A DNA stretch of 64,000 nucleotides, from positions 31,688 through 95,687 of the forward strand of contig VGKY01000002.1 of assembly GCA_016866875.1 (NCBI GenBank), read 5' to 3'. The notes beneath the pieces were generated by a model. The model made no database searches. It was not told the origin of the DNA and saw nothing but the letters and a program-made list of their open reading frames with translations. Below, one piece after another: positions 29,475-39,325 of this stretch (the first letter of the stretch is position 1; the number at the start of each line of letters is the position of its first letter). Origin of the DNA: Candidatus Peribacteria bacterium (GTDB taxonomy: Bacteria; Patescibacteriota; Gracilibacteria; Peribacterales; Peribacteraceae). The translations under genes were made by a program, and so were the position numbers.

Positions 29475-30023
29475 TCATTGGACCTCTTTAGCCCTCTCGT
29501 AGACAGACGTTATCTTCGCGATCGCCAAGACCTTGCCCTTCATACGTTGCTCCAGTGCAGATCGCGTCGCCTCGTGCGAAAGGCCTATGGCATCATTCAC
29601 CGCGTAGAGCGAAAAGACGTAGTGATGAAGCCCGGATCCTGCTGGTGGACACGGCGGCTCGAAGCCCGTCGTTCCCGCACTCGTCGTGCCTTGCACCGCG
29701 GCCCCGGGAAGCGTGCTCTCATTGATCTCTACGACATCCACAGGGATATCCCAAACGACCCAGTGCACAAAGTGCCCGGACGGAGCATCGAGATCATCGA
29801 GGACGAGGGCAAGAGACTTCGTCCCAGGCGGAACGCCAGAGATCCGTAGCGCAGGGGCCATACCAAGACCATCGCAGGTGTACTGCGCCTGGAGCGCCTC
29901 ACCATCGGCGAAGGCGCTGGAAGATAGGCTAAATGGAAGTTGCTGCGCTACCTTTGCGGAGTTGCCGCACGCCGCGAGTATCAGTGTACTCAGGAGGATG
30001 ATGGAGGCTCTGAAACGGATCAC
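29475..30023 (-). CDS. YbhB/YbcL (PEBP) family lipoprotein
   Basis: LAACG, YTCDG, DLDAP..FVHWV.WDIP, PPCPP, HHYVF.LYA; GTG start 6 nt after TACAAT. Confidence 0.9.
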   Translation of the reverse strand: MIRFRASIILLSTLILAACGNSAKVAQQLPFSLSSSAFADGEALQAQYTCDGLGMAPALRISGVPPGTKSLALVLDDLDAPSGHFVHWVVWDIPVDVVEINESTLPGAAVQGTTSAGTTGFEPPCPPAGSGLHHYVFSLYAVNDAIGLSHEATRSALEQRMKGKVLAIAKITSVYERAKEVQ

Positions 30024-30196
30024 CGTACCATTGTACCTGAGAAGGCAAGGATTGATGATCGTACGTATGAGAATGAAATGTCTGCCCTGCCTAGCGGAAG
30101 GTGCTGGGTTGGGTGGAGTGCCGCGTGCGGCACGAGCAAGGGAAGAGACGCCTCGCTCTAGCTCAGATCCTGGGCGTTGAGTAGCATGAGCCTGAT

Positions 30197-30294
30197 CGGG
30201 ACGTAGCTCTGCCTGCCGGTAGGTAGGTCGGTTGGGCTCGGCATCTCTCAAGATGCCGGCAAACATAAAGACGCACATGCGCTCTAGCTCCCGA
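30197..30294 (+). pseudogene. decayed tRNA-Pro 5' copy with hairpin insertions
   Basis: CGGGACGTAGCTC identical to the tRNA-Pro start, then TGCCTGCCGGTAGGTAGG, TCGGTTGG, a second hairpin and TAAAGACGCAC. Confidence 0.55.
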
Positions 30295-30324
30295 TGCATG
30301 CATTCCTATAGCATTCACCACAGT

Positions 30325-30401
30325 CGGGACGTAGCTCAGTTGGCTAGAGCGCACGGTTCGGGACCGTGAGGCCGGAGGTTCGAGTCCTCTCGTCCCGACC
30401 A
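30325..30401 (+). tRNA. tRNA-Pro(CGG)
   Basis: CGGGACG...CACGG-TT-CGG-GA-CCGTG...GTTCGAGTC...CGTCCCG-A-CCA. Confidence 0.97.
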
Positions 30402-30488
30402 CATTCCCACACATTGATTTGACTGGAGACCTTTTTCGCTTAGGATTGCCACAGATGCAGCGATCTCGCTCCATCATCAGCATTATCA

Positions 30489-30917
30489 TTATTCCGACGC
30501 TAGGCGCCCGGAGGTGATGTGCTGACTGACTGCTTCTCCCCGCGCCAAGGAAGGCGCGTTTTTTGTATTCACTACTCCCCTTCCCATGGACTCCACCGAC
30601 CGCACGCCGGATTTCGATGGCCTTGTACATGTACAGGGGCATCCCGTACGCCTGAGGCTTCGCCTCTCAAGCCACCACGCGGCCGCTTGCCAGCTCTTAT
30701 CCGAGGCTTTGAGGATCGTTTGGATGCGAGCGACCTTGCACTCGGCCTCTGCCTTTTTTATAGCCACAGAAAACACCGATTTCTCGGTCTGCCATGTGCG
30801 GAAGGTTTCGTAGCTGATTCCCTCCATGGCACAGGCATCTTTGAAGCTACAGCCTTTTTTGAGCCATTTGCAGAGAGCAGCCTGCATCTCAGGGCTGAAT
30901 TTCGAGTTTCTTCCCAT
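30489..30917 (-). pseudogene. phage terminase small subunit-like HTH protein, C-terminus apparently replaced
   Basis: GRNSKFSPE...GCSFKDAC..GISYETFRTW...WQAAAWWLERR, then unrelated-looking sequence. Confidence 0.55.
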
Positions 30918-30997
30918 CAGATACATTTTACAGCATCTTCTGTGTACAACTTTGCATTAGAATGCGCTCATGTGCGAAACATACCGACAATGTGACT

Positions 30998-31711
30998 ATG
31001 AACTTCGACACAGCAATTTATGTCTTGAATGAACGTCTTCGGAAAGAGCAACCTGAGGAGATCAGCAGCTCGTGGATTTCCTCTCGGCTTCCTGCCGTCT
31101 ACCAATTCATCTGGCGCACTATTAGAACGCCACTCGGGGACATCAATTGGGATTGGGTCATTTCCCATCTGGAGTGGGAGCTGCAAAAGCTCTGGCATCC
31201 ACAGCGCTTCAGAAGGAAAGCAGAGTACACCGATGCTGTAGAGGTGCAGATCGCACTCGGAAACTACTACGACAAACGCTACGTGTTTTTCTCTGCACCA
31301 ACGGAAGTGGAGTGGGATATTCGGAGAAGAATCTGCGCCATCTTCGCTCGTCTTGCACAGCGTGGAAATAAAACGGCTGAGGAGGAATTCTTGGAACTCC
31401 TGCGCTTCATGGTGCAGAAGTGGATGGAGTACCGCCCGATGCTCTGGCGGTGGAAGGGATACCCTGAAGATTTGGATAAGGCTCTACGCCGTTGCATTCA
31501 CTGTTACCGCTACACGGGCAATTTCACTTCCTATCTGTATATTTCTCTCATCAAAGCAGGCAGAGGGCTGCCGAAATTCTACGTGTCATCGCTTGATAAG
31601 GTTCTATTCGATGACAGTAGAACGGAAGTGAGGCGACTGGATAGTGTTGTTCAAGACCCCGAAACAGGAGACATCAAGCTCTTTGAGAGAGCGGATTATG
31701 TAGCGGTGTAA
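30998..31711 (+). CDS. hypothetical protein, possible sigma-region-2-like C-terminus
   Basis: 237-aa ORF; LAQRGNKTAEEE...CYRYTGNFTSYLY resembles sigma region 1.2/2. Confidence 0.6.
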   Translation: MNFDTAIYVLNERLRKEQPEEISSSWISSRLPAVYQFIWRTIRTPLGDINWDWVISHLEWELQKLWHPQRFRRKAEYTDAVEVQIALGNYYDKRYVFFSAPTEVEWDIRRRICAIFARLAQRGNKTAEEEFLELLRFMVQKWMEYRPMLWRWKGYPEDLDKALRRCIHCYRYTGNFTSYLYISLIKAGRGLPKFYVSSLDKVLFDDSRTEVRRLDSVVQDPETGDIKLFERADYVAV

Positions 31712-31719
31712 ATGAGATG

Positions 31720-34700
31720 CTATGCTCTCTGAATTCTCATTACCTCCTCAGGCTTTATCTGCATGGGAAGGAACTGTAGCAGTTGTGGGGTAAGTTCTCC
31801 TGTAGCCAGCGAGTGGCGCACAGCAGGCTCAATCTGCTGCCTATAAGGCTCCCTAAACGGCTCAGGCACCCTTGCAGCTACAGCTTCAAGTAAGGCGGTT
31901 TGCATGTGGGGGTGCATGCCATTCAAAAGTGCAGAAATGACGACACGCATTAGGTCATTCTTTTCCAAGAATTGCGTGTACTCGCCATCGGTCAGCAATC
32001 CCTTCTGAACTTCTGTTACAAACGGGTCAATTGAGCTTCCTGCACTCTGTAATCTTTCTCGTAGCAAACGCTCCTGCTCCACAAGGTCATTGAAGAATTG
32101 TTTCACAGTCTTCTCTCCATTAAGCGTACTGAGCAGAAGACCCGCAAACTGACGGTAGCCTTCCTCAGTCCAGCCATTCACAGGCATACATTTGAAATCA
32201 AAGTGTCCGATTTTATGTAGCTGCGGCTGCACCTTTACGTTTCCTCCATGCCTATCACAATCAAACCGTCCGCGTAGTTTGTTATTCAATTCAAAAGCCA
32301 AGATAGCCATTGCTTGTCTCTTCTTGGATGTTTTCTCTGCATCATTATTTTCAGGCAGTTCAATGAAATGTTGTCCCTGAATCTTGGACATTAAGAAGAA
32401 TTTTTCACCAGCAACGATGACATCAGCTGAGTCGAAATAAAACTGCTCGCCATCAACTGCAATGCTGGCTCCCCTGTATATTTCCCTTGCCGCGCCGTAC
32501 TGCTGCTTTGCAAGAGGACAATCTACTTCTAATCCCAAACGCTGGTTCGCTTGGTCAATAAGCTCACGAGTCGTCTGAACTATTGAATGGCCGCTATCCA
32601 ATTCTAAATTGTCAGACATGCGACGCATCGTTTCAAATCCTGCGCGTCCTCTGTTCTCAACGTCAGGACGCAGCAATGAAAGCATGTAGGAATTCCCATC
32701 ACTCATCTCAACTTCCACGACAACGTAGATTGAGCCTGAACCAACAACGTCCCCTATACGGCTGACTTTCGCAGCTTCTTGACTTCCCTGAACAGCATTA
32801 TATTCACGCTCAAGTTCAGAACGCGCACTTTCCACCCATTGTGTTACATCCCATCGTGCAGGTTCGCTTGCATGGAATTTAAGCCGCTTCAGGTCTTCAC
32901 GTATGTTCGTCGGAACCAATGGATGACTTTGTGCTGCCTGTCCAAATTTTGTTTCTGCTGGACCCATGTTTTCGAGGAAGTACGCAAGAGCTTCGCCAAG
33001 ACGCATATCGGATGAACCGCGTTTTTCTGCTGCTGCCATCATTGCACCTAAACAAAGATGCTTCTGATAGTGCGGCAAGGCATCAACATATCCTCTGAGG
33101 AAGAATCTGGCCTCCTCCTCATACAAGCTCCCACCTTTGAAGACTTTTGAAACGGTATAATCGAATGTTTCCTTATCCACCTGATTTACTACCTCCTCAG
33201 GGGAGACGAGCAATTCGCGCACAAGTACGGCTCGCGCCTCAATGGGGGAAGACCAGAAATTTTCATAGAAGTAACGCAGGAATTTGAGTGCGACCTGCTT
33301 CCTGTAAGCGAGAAGCATAGCCTTATCGCTCCCTTCTTCGTAATCTTCTTCCTTCAAGGTAAACCCACCCGACATTAGGTTGTATTTATCCACGAATTCC
33401 AAAGCCTCTTTTCCGCTATCCAGATAACGCTCACAGAAGTCATCGGATAGCGGAGTCGTAAGGAAATCCAGTGTCGCTTTGCGGTGGTCAGGCGACCTGC
33501 GAATGTTGTCTATCGTCGCGTCGGTGAACACTCCGTACAAAGACGACTGAGTGAATGTTTCTTCTGTGACTTCGTAAGCTCTCTTCTGTAGTTCGCAACT
33601 CAAATGATTCTGAGTTTCTAATTTCTTCGCCAAAGAACCTAGTATTTCTGCATGGTCAACGCGGTTCATAGTGGCTCTCACTCTGTCCGCAATGGCAATG
33701 ATGGCAGTTGCATATTCAGCGTCGCCTTTATCCATTCCATAAAGTTTCTTCGCGCTATCAGTCCAAGCATCAATCAGGCGAGTTCTTAGCTTCGGGTCTT
33801 GAATTCTCGCACCACCAAGAAGTTCCTCGCACATCTGCATACATTGCCTGTTTGCATCTGCTGAACCATTATTCAATTCAACAGACCTATCAACCAAAAT
33901 TCTTAGGATTTCATCTGATGTTTCAGGGAAAAGTAATTCAGCCTTAGAGAGGAGTTTCCATTGACGTACAGCACTGGGAAGGTCGGCTGTCTTTGCATTG
34001 TTTGTAGCGTAATTCTTTACTCTCTGTTTTAGCTTTTCTCGTAGGTGTCTTTGAAAATGGGAGTTTGCTACAAGGTCAGCCGTCATACGCTCAACGAAAT
34101 CAGCTGCCTGAGCCAAGGTAGGGATTTTGGTTTCGATAAGTTGTATCGCTTCACAATACAAGCATGACCTTGCTAGGGTCATCTCTTCGGAAAAACCGTT
34201 CACTTCCTGAATCAGTGACAGGAGCTTATTCCATGTGAGGGGTTTGAATTCATATCCATGACCTGTCTTATCGAGCTGCGGCTTTATCAAATTCACATAT
34301 TTTTCTCCAAGTTTGGCATCGTAGAGATCTACGTTTGCAACAAAGTGCGATTGAGGAGTTGATACATAGGAGAATTTCTCTTTCAGAAGCCATTTATCGC
34401 AAAAGGAAATTTTCTCCTCATCACTGAGAGCTTTACACTTCTCATCCAAGAGATAATCAAAGTAGGGATTAGTTCTAATTTCTTTTTTCCTTCCGCCGCT
34501 TCTAGCCGCGAGTCCCTCATCAATACCTGCTAGTGGCATTGTTGAAACGAGCGACTGAAGAATGATTTGCTCTCCACTCTTGGAGGTCAGGAAGTACCTG
34601 AATAACTCAGTGCCTTTCTCACCAAGACTTTCTAACTTTGAAATCAACATTCTCGCTGCGCGTCTGTCATCTTGTAGTGCAAACCAGTTCAGCTCTAGGA

Positions 34701-36747
34701 ATAGCTGGAAATTCTTTTCGCATACATCAAGACAAAGAAGTCCAAGTTTTTGACCTGACTTTGCATTAGAAAGACCCGCCCATGATTCGGAAATCTTTGA
34801 CAAGCGTCTTGCAGCTTCCTCATCTTGTTCTGCTAAAAGAAAATCATGTTCCGCCCAACCACTTAGGTATTGCTCGAATATCGCCTGTATCTTCTCTTCA
34901 TTCTCTATGTTATCACCAATATCAACATCCTTTACAGTGCCGTCTTCATTGAAAGTGAGGGCGTCTACAGTGGTGCCACCATCCCGTGGCCCCTGAGAAA
35001 TTGTGGCAATACTTCCCACTATGTCTCCCAAGGCTTGTGTCCGCATCCTAGCTGTTAAAGTCAGCGCCAAGTCTAAATGATTACAAAGAGCACGCATCAT
35101 AAAGGGGTCTCTTACCAGACCTAAGTACGCAGCTGCCTTTGCGACTTCAGGATGTTCTATAGCAATACTTCTGAGTTCTTCCCAAGCAACATGAACGCCA
35201 CCATCACGCCTTCGTAGGCGACGAATTTTCTCTGTGTCTGGAAAGTCAAATTGCGGCCAATCTATCTTATTCAAGAAATGCAAACCATCTGAACTCTCTA
35301 AGAAAGGCTCTCCTTTTTGTTCTTCCGAACCTTCCAGTAATTCGTTTACAGCTATTGCTGCCTCAATAACTGTTTCCTCATCCCCCTCATACTCCTCTAT
35401 TGATTGAACGAAAGTCTTCACTGCCTTACCTAGTCGCCTGAGCCTTCCTAAGGGCGGTGTACCAAGTGCACTGTAAAGTGTTCCAGCAAGTGCGCTATAT
35501 AGCGTGGACATCTTTGTGATGCTATCCCGCTCGCCAAACTGTAGTACGTGGTTTGCGAAGCTATGAACTGCCTTTCTGTCTTCTGGCGTCTGTACTTCAG
35601 GGCCAAGCTTTCTGATTTCCGCTGCCAAATCACCTATACGTACTTCCCATGTCGTCTTATCCATGTCATCCAGAACGCTCCTTAGAATTTCAATCTTCTC
35701 TATACACGTAGCTCCTGCATATTCAGGGTGTCTGCTCAGATCAGCCTGAACATACGATGTATGGGATGCGCCTTTCACAACTCTTATAATTTCATCATTA
35801 TCTGAATACTTTCCGACCTCTGGGACATCGGGTGCGAGAGTACCTTTTTCCTTCCGAAGATACGCAAGAGTGTCACTGACGATTGAATGGATGTTGTTAG
35901 TTGAGGGATGAACGTCCATGTACTCAAACCATGGGCTAGTGCCTTTGGATTGTTCCTTCATGGCATTGAATAAGCCTTCTCTACCATCTTCGCCAAGTAC
36001 TCTTTCTGGATTAAGCCCTAGCTGCTTGCCCTTCTCACACATCAGAATGAGAGGGAAGGAATACGCAAAGCCTTCCTCTATCTTGGAATTCGGAATGTTC
36101 CCATACACCTGTCTCATCTTCAGATGTGTCATCTCGTGACTCAGTATCGCTACGAAATCATTTGGGGTGCTTACTAAGGGTTGGCCTTTCTTTGCACTGA
36201 ATAGACATTCTGTGAAAACTATAATCGGAGGATTACTATGACGCACAAACCAAGCGTTAGGTTTAGGATCTTTCGATAACAGAAAACGCACGGGCTGTTT
36301 CTTGAAGTCATGTTGTCTAAATGCATGGTGGGGAAGATGTTCGCCGCCTTTTACTTCTGCATATAAATGTTCTCCTAATCCTTGGGCGATTTCCTGAAAC
36401 CTACGTCCTTCCATAGAGTCTGGACTGACGAGCCGCCATGCCTCTGCAAGTTGTGGGGGTATTTCACCTCGTTCCAATTGTTCTTTCATAATCGCTTTTT
36501 CATCTTTCTCTGTCTCTGACGTTTCTTCGTCAGCTTCTTCATCTTCAACAGCAGAAATTTTCTGGTTGTAGTCTCTCCTCATTCGTTGAGTTCGTTTTCT
36601 CACTCCCTTCGCAGCCATTGTCCTATCCTCCATTCCCTCACGTACTTCACCTTGTACGGCTCGCTGCGAGCGTTCCACTTCTAGATCAGGAACGCTAAAT
36701 TCCCTCGCTTCGCCTAATTCAAGCCGCTCCTTTGGGTCATTGACCAT
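31720..36747 (-). CDS. 1675-aa protein with N-terminal M48-like Zn protease and C-terminal ABC1/UbiB-like kinase fold
   Basis: PNAWF...IIVFT..L...AILSHEMTH...VHPS; LENMGPAETKFGQ, GSGSI, LRP, DRHGGN, HFDF. Confidence 0.75.
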   Translation of the reverse strand: MVNDPKERLELGEAREFSVPDLEVERSQRAVQGEVREGMEDRTMAAKGVRKRTQRMRRDYNQKISAVEDEEADEETSETEKDEKAIMKEQLERGEIPPQLAEAWRLVSPDSMEGRRFQEIAQGLGEHLYAEVKGGEHLPHHAFRQHDFKKQPVRFLLSKDPKPNAWFVRHSNPPIIVFTECLFSAKKGQPLVSTPNDFVAILSHEMTHLKMRQVYGNIPNSKIEEGFAYSFPLILMCEKGKQLGLNPERVLGEDGREGLFNAMKEQSKGTSPWFEYMDVHPSTNNIHSIVSDTLAYLRKEKGTLAPDVPEVGKYSDNDEIIRVVKGASHTSYVQADLSRHPEYAGATCIEKIEILRSVLDDMDKTTWEVRIGDLAAEIRKLGPEVQTPEDRKAVHSFANHVLQFGERDSITKMSTLYSALAGTLYSALGTPPLGRLRRLGKAVKTFVQSIEEYEGDEETVIEAAIAVNELLEGSEEQKGEPFLESSDGLHFLNKIDWPQFDFPDTEKIRRLRRRDGGVHVAWEELRSIAIEHPEVAKAAAYLGLVRDPFMMRALCNHLDLALTLTARMRTQALGDIVGSIATISQGPRDGGTTVDALTFNEDGTVKDVDIGDNIENEEKIQAIFEQYLSGWAEHDFLLAEQDEEAARRLSKISESWAGLSNAKSGQKLGLLCLDVCEKNFQLFLELNWFALQDDRRAARMLISKLESLGEKGTELFRYFLTSKSGEQIILQSLVSTMPLAGIDEGLAARSGGRKKEIRTNPYFDYLLDEKCKALSDEEKISFCDKWLLKEKFSYVSTPQSHFVANVDLYDAKLGEKYVNLIKPQLDKTGHGYEFKPLTWNKLLSLIQEVNGFSEEMTLARSCLYCEAIQLIETKIPTLAQAADFVERMTADLVANSHFQRHLREKLKQRVKNYATNNAKTADLPSAVRQWKLLSKAELLFPETSDEILRILVDRSVELNNGSADANRQCMQMCEELLGGARIQDPKLRTRLIDAWTDSAKKLYGMDKGDAEYATAIIAIADRVRATMNRVDHAEILGSLAKKLETQNHLSCELQKRAYEVTEETFTQSSLYGVFTDATIDNIRRSPDHRKATLDFLTTPLSDDFCERYLDSGKEALEFVDKYNLMSGGFTLKEEDYEEGSDKAMLLAYRKQVALKFLRYFYENFWSSPIEARAVLVRELLVSPEEVVNQVDKETFDYTVSKVFKGGSLYEEEARFFLRGYVDALPHYQKHLCLGAMMAAAEKRGSSDMRLGEALAYFLENMGPAETKFGQAAQSHPLVPTNIREDLKRLKFHASEPARWDVTQWVESARSELEREYNAVQGSQEAAKVSRIGDVVGSGSIYVVVEVEMSDGNSYMLSLLRPDVENRGRAGFETMRRMSDNLELDSGHSIVQTTRELIDQANQRLGLEVDCPLAKQQYGAAREIYRGASIAVDGEQFYFDSADVIVAGEKFFLMSKIQGQHFIELPENNDAEKTSKKRQAMAILAFELNNKLRGRFDCDRHGGNVKVQPQLHKIGHFDFKCMPVNGWTEEGYRQFAGLLLSTLNGEKTVKQFFNDLVEQERLLRERLQSAGSSIDPFVTEVQKGLLTDGEYTQFLEKNDLMRVVISALLNGMHPHMQTALLEAVAARVPEPFREPYRQQIEPAVRHSLATGELTPQLLQFLPMQIKPEEVMRIQRA

Positions 36748-36845
36748 ATATACATTTTACAATATAAATATATAATAGTCCACATTATTCCGAGGGAACT
36801 AAACATCAAGAATTCCGTTTCCAGCAAATTTTGACGCGACTTTTT

Positions 36846-36873
36846 GTGTCACAGAATGTCTATTATGTTCAAC
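36846..36873. other. dif-like tyrosine recombinase site
   Basis: GTGTCACAGAA-TGTCTA-TTATGTTCAAC versus E. coli dif GGTGCGCATAA-TGTATA-TTATGTTAAAT. Confidence 0.6.
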
Positions 36874-36913
36874 ACCTCAAGACAAAGAACACAGAAAATC
36901 GGTACTCAGGTCA

Positions 36914-37834
36914 TCAGTCTACTCGAATCGGCTGCAACATGACCGCGCTGTTCTTTAAGCGCTCTAGATTATGAAAATAGCGCTGCGTCGTATTGGGATT
37001 TGAATGACGGGCAAAGTCAGCGGCAGCTATGAGGCTCGCTCCTCCGTTGATCAGGTGAGTGATACTGCTATGTCGTAGGCTGTGCACAGAGATGTTTGGC
37101 CTGTTGATACCTATTCTTTTCAATCTCAGTCGTACCATGTGCTGAATCGTCCTTCTAGCGATTCTATCTTTTGCAGTGTGATTTGTTCCGATGAATAACG
37201 GGTCTGATGTTTTCAAACTACTTCGTGTTTTTAGGTATGACTGAATTACAGCATACACATCGTCTCTCATGCGCGTATCAATGTTCTTCCCGCCCTTACC
37301 TCTAATTCTCAGCACCTTAAGTCCATTCACTTCCGAAAGATCACCTATATTTGCACGAGCTACTTCACAAAGTCGAATGCCGTTAATAAGCAGCAATGCA
37401 CAAATTGCTTTATCTCTCTTTCCAAGGTTCGTTGAGGCATCAATTGAGGAGAGAAATTGGTTGCACTCAGCGAGGGTCAAAATACCTCTCACAGTTTCAT
37501 TACTGACCTTTGGTAGCTTTATTCCTGCACTTGGGTTTGTAGGGATGACTCCCTGCTCATACAGAAAGGTAAATAGCCTTCTAAGTACCGTAAGTTTCTT
37601 CGCAATCGTAGCAGCCTTTAATCCTCGTACCGTCAGGCTTTCCTTGTAGTTCAAAAGATCATGCAAAGTCACTTCATCTGCTCGTTTTCGTATTTTTCTA
37701 TAGAACAAACTGATTTCTTGGGCATACGTCTGCTTAGAGTTTTCACAGCTTTGGTTTGAAATAAATGATTTTGCGTATTCTGCTAATGGGTCACGAAGAG
37801 CTATTGCCTGTGGTGTTTGGGGAATCAATTGCAT
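36914..37834 (-). CDS. XerC/D-like tyrosine recombinase/integrase
   Basis: N-terminal SAM-like domain; R (GIRLCE), K (GKGGK), HSLRH, H (RHS), Y (TQRY). Confidence 0.95.
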   Translation of the reverse strand: MQLIPQTPQAIALRDPLAEYAKSFISNQSCENSKQTYAQEISLFYRKIRKRADEVTLHDLLNYKESLTVRGLKAATIAKKLTVLRRLFTFLYEQGVIPTNPSAGIKLPKVSNETVRGILTLAECNQFLSSIDASTNLGKRDKAICALLLINGIRLCEVARANIGDLSEVNGLKVLRIRGKGGKNIDTRMRDDVYAVIQSYLKTRSSLKTSDPLFIGTNHTAKDRIARRTIQHMVRLRLKRIGINRPNISVHSLRHSSITHLINGGASLIAAADFARHSNPNTTQRYFHNLERLKNSAVMLQPIRVD

Positions 37835-37940
37835 GTCTGTATCCTAATAAATATATTTCTATTAGACAACTAATTATCAGTTGACTAACAGACAAACAAT
37901 TTCTTCCCAAAGTACACTCCCAAACACTATAATTTCTTTT

Positions 37941-38156
37941 ATGAAGAAACGTCCTAAAGCAATGGGAAGGATTGATGTAGCTTCCTATCTCAACATCACC
38001 CCTCAATACGTAGATGTTCTTGCTTCAAAAGGAAAACTCGAATTCCAAGAAACTACATCAGGAAAAATCTTCTTCGAAGATGACGTAAAGAAATATGAGC
38101 TAGAAAGAATAAAGAAAAGAGCAGGAGATAAGAGATTCAAGACAAAGAACTCTTAA
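37941..38156 (+). CDS. excisionase-like HTH DNA-binding protein
   Basis: DVASYLNITPQYV..LASKGKL...KIFFEDDV; divergent from the integrase; TATAAT 7 nt before ATG. Confidence 0.75.
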   Translation: MKKRPKAMGRIDVASYLNITPQYVDVLASKGKLEFQETTSGKIFFEDDVKKYELERIKKRAGDKRFKTKNS

Positions 38157-38235
38157 AAGAAGAATTAAACGTACTCTACCTACTCCTATAGGCTCTTCTA
38201 CCTCTATTACTATAGTTCGAGGTACAGCAGGGCTA

Positions 38236-38598
38236 TTATGACAGGACTGCGTAACTGGCTTCATTCTGCCATGCGTGTTTTCTGCCGTACTCGAATGACG
38301 GGTCAAAGATGCGAATGACCTCAGCGTACCGTTTGCCAAGATGACCGTGTTCCCTGTGGTGATTCCTGATGCGTTCGACCAACAGACGCTCGATGAAGCC
38401 GATGGGCTGATGTTCCTCGTACAGTTGCCGCAGATAGCCGTCGTACACGTTGTCCTCGTAGGTAGTACGCAGCACACCGAGGATGCCGTGTTTCTTCGCG
38501 TTCCAGCGAACGACGGATTTCCCGCGCTCTGTCTTCACGCCGCCGCGCTTGGCATTGCTTTTGTTCGCGGCGATTTTGGCGGGAGAGGTGACGGCCAT
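38236..38598 (-). CDS. hypothetical protein (AAN..NA..G.KT..GK...NA.KHG family), possibly chimeric
   Basis: Recognisable basic N-terminal motif; the C-terminal part has a second copy at 39434-39503. Confidence 0.55.
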   Translation of the reverse strand: MAVTSPAKIAANKSNAKRGGVKTERGKSVVRWNAKKHGILGVLRTTYEDNVYDGYLRQLYEEHQPIGFIERLLVERIRNHHREHGHLGKRYAEVIRIFDPSFEYGRKHAWQNEASYAVLS

Positions 38599-38737
38599 AA
38601 ACAACTATAAGGATACAGCAATATAGTAGTTTCCGTGAATCCACTGCCTCATTGCCCATAGAGGGCTCAAAAATAGGATTTGACACTCTGAAATAAAGAG
38701 TGTATTATGTACATATTATCTTTTACCACAGTCTACT

Positions 38738-39274
38738 ATGGAAGCAAAGAAAGACCGCATACAACAGGCACGGGAAACGTATGCAGACAATCCTCTCACG
38801 GCGGCGGAGCTCGCAGTCTTTGAGGCTTTTAGTTCTTTGCCCGAAGATCAGTGGCAGCCCGAAGAAATTCCTACATACTATGCAGGAAAAAAAAAGGGAA
38901 CATTCAAGGTTTTGAATACTGAACTCGATCTAGGCGGCGGGAAAGTCGTTACCTTCAAGAATGTTGTAGTGGACGGATACGGTACGTGGTGGAGGGCTGG
39001 CAACGGTGGAACAATCGAAGTAAAAAAGGAAAATGACACCTTGAAGATTCAACAGGACGATGGAATCTATTTTTCATTCAATGGCGTGCCGCTCGACTAC
39101 CATAGTGGCACGGAAAACTCCGCAACTCTCACGCAGAAGATTTTCGATGTCGTCGAAGGCGTGAAGGCCGTCGGTGAGAAAATGAAGCAGGACATTGAGG
39201 ATCAGCGCAACGGTGAAGTAGACGCACGCAGAAGGGAGATGGCAGAAAAGCTCGAAGGACTTGCTGATTTTTGA
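38738..39274 (+). CDS. hypothetical protein
   Basis: 178-aa ORF followed by a terminator. Confidence 0.7.
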   Translation: MEAKKDRIQQARETYADNPLTAAELAVFEAFSSLPEDQWQPEEIPTYYAGKKKGTFKVLNTELDLGGGKVVTFKNVVVDGYGTWWRAGNGGTIEVKKENDTLKIQQDDGIYFSFNGVPLDYHSGTENSATLTQKIFDVVEGVKAVGEKMKQDIEDQRNGEVDARRREMAEKLEGLADF

Positions 39275-39300
39275 GCGCCATACCAGCTTCGAGTTTCAGG

Positions 39301-39325
39301 AACCCCGCTCATGCGGGGTTTCTTT
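39301..39325 (+). terminator. intrinsic terminator
   Basis: AACCCCGC-TCAT-GCGGGGTT-TCTTT. Confidence 0.75.
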
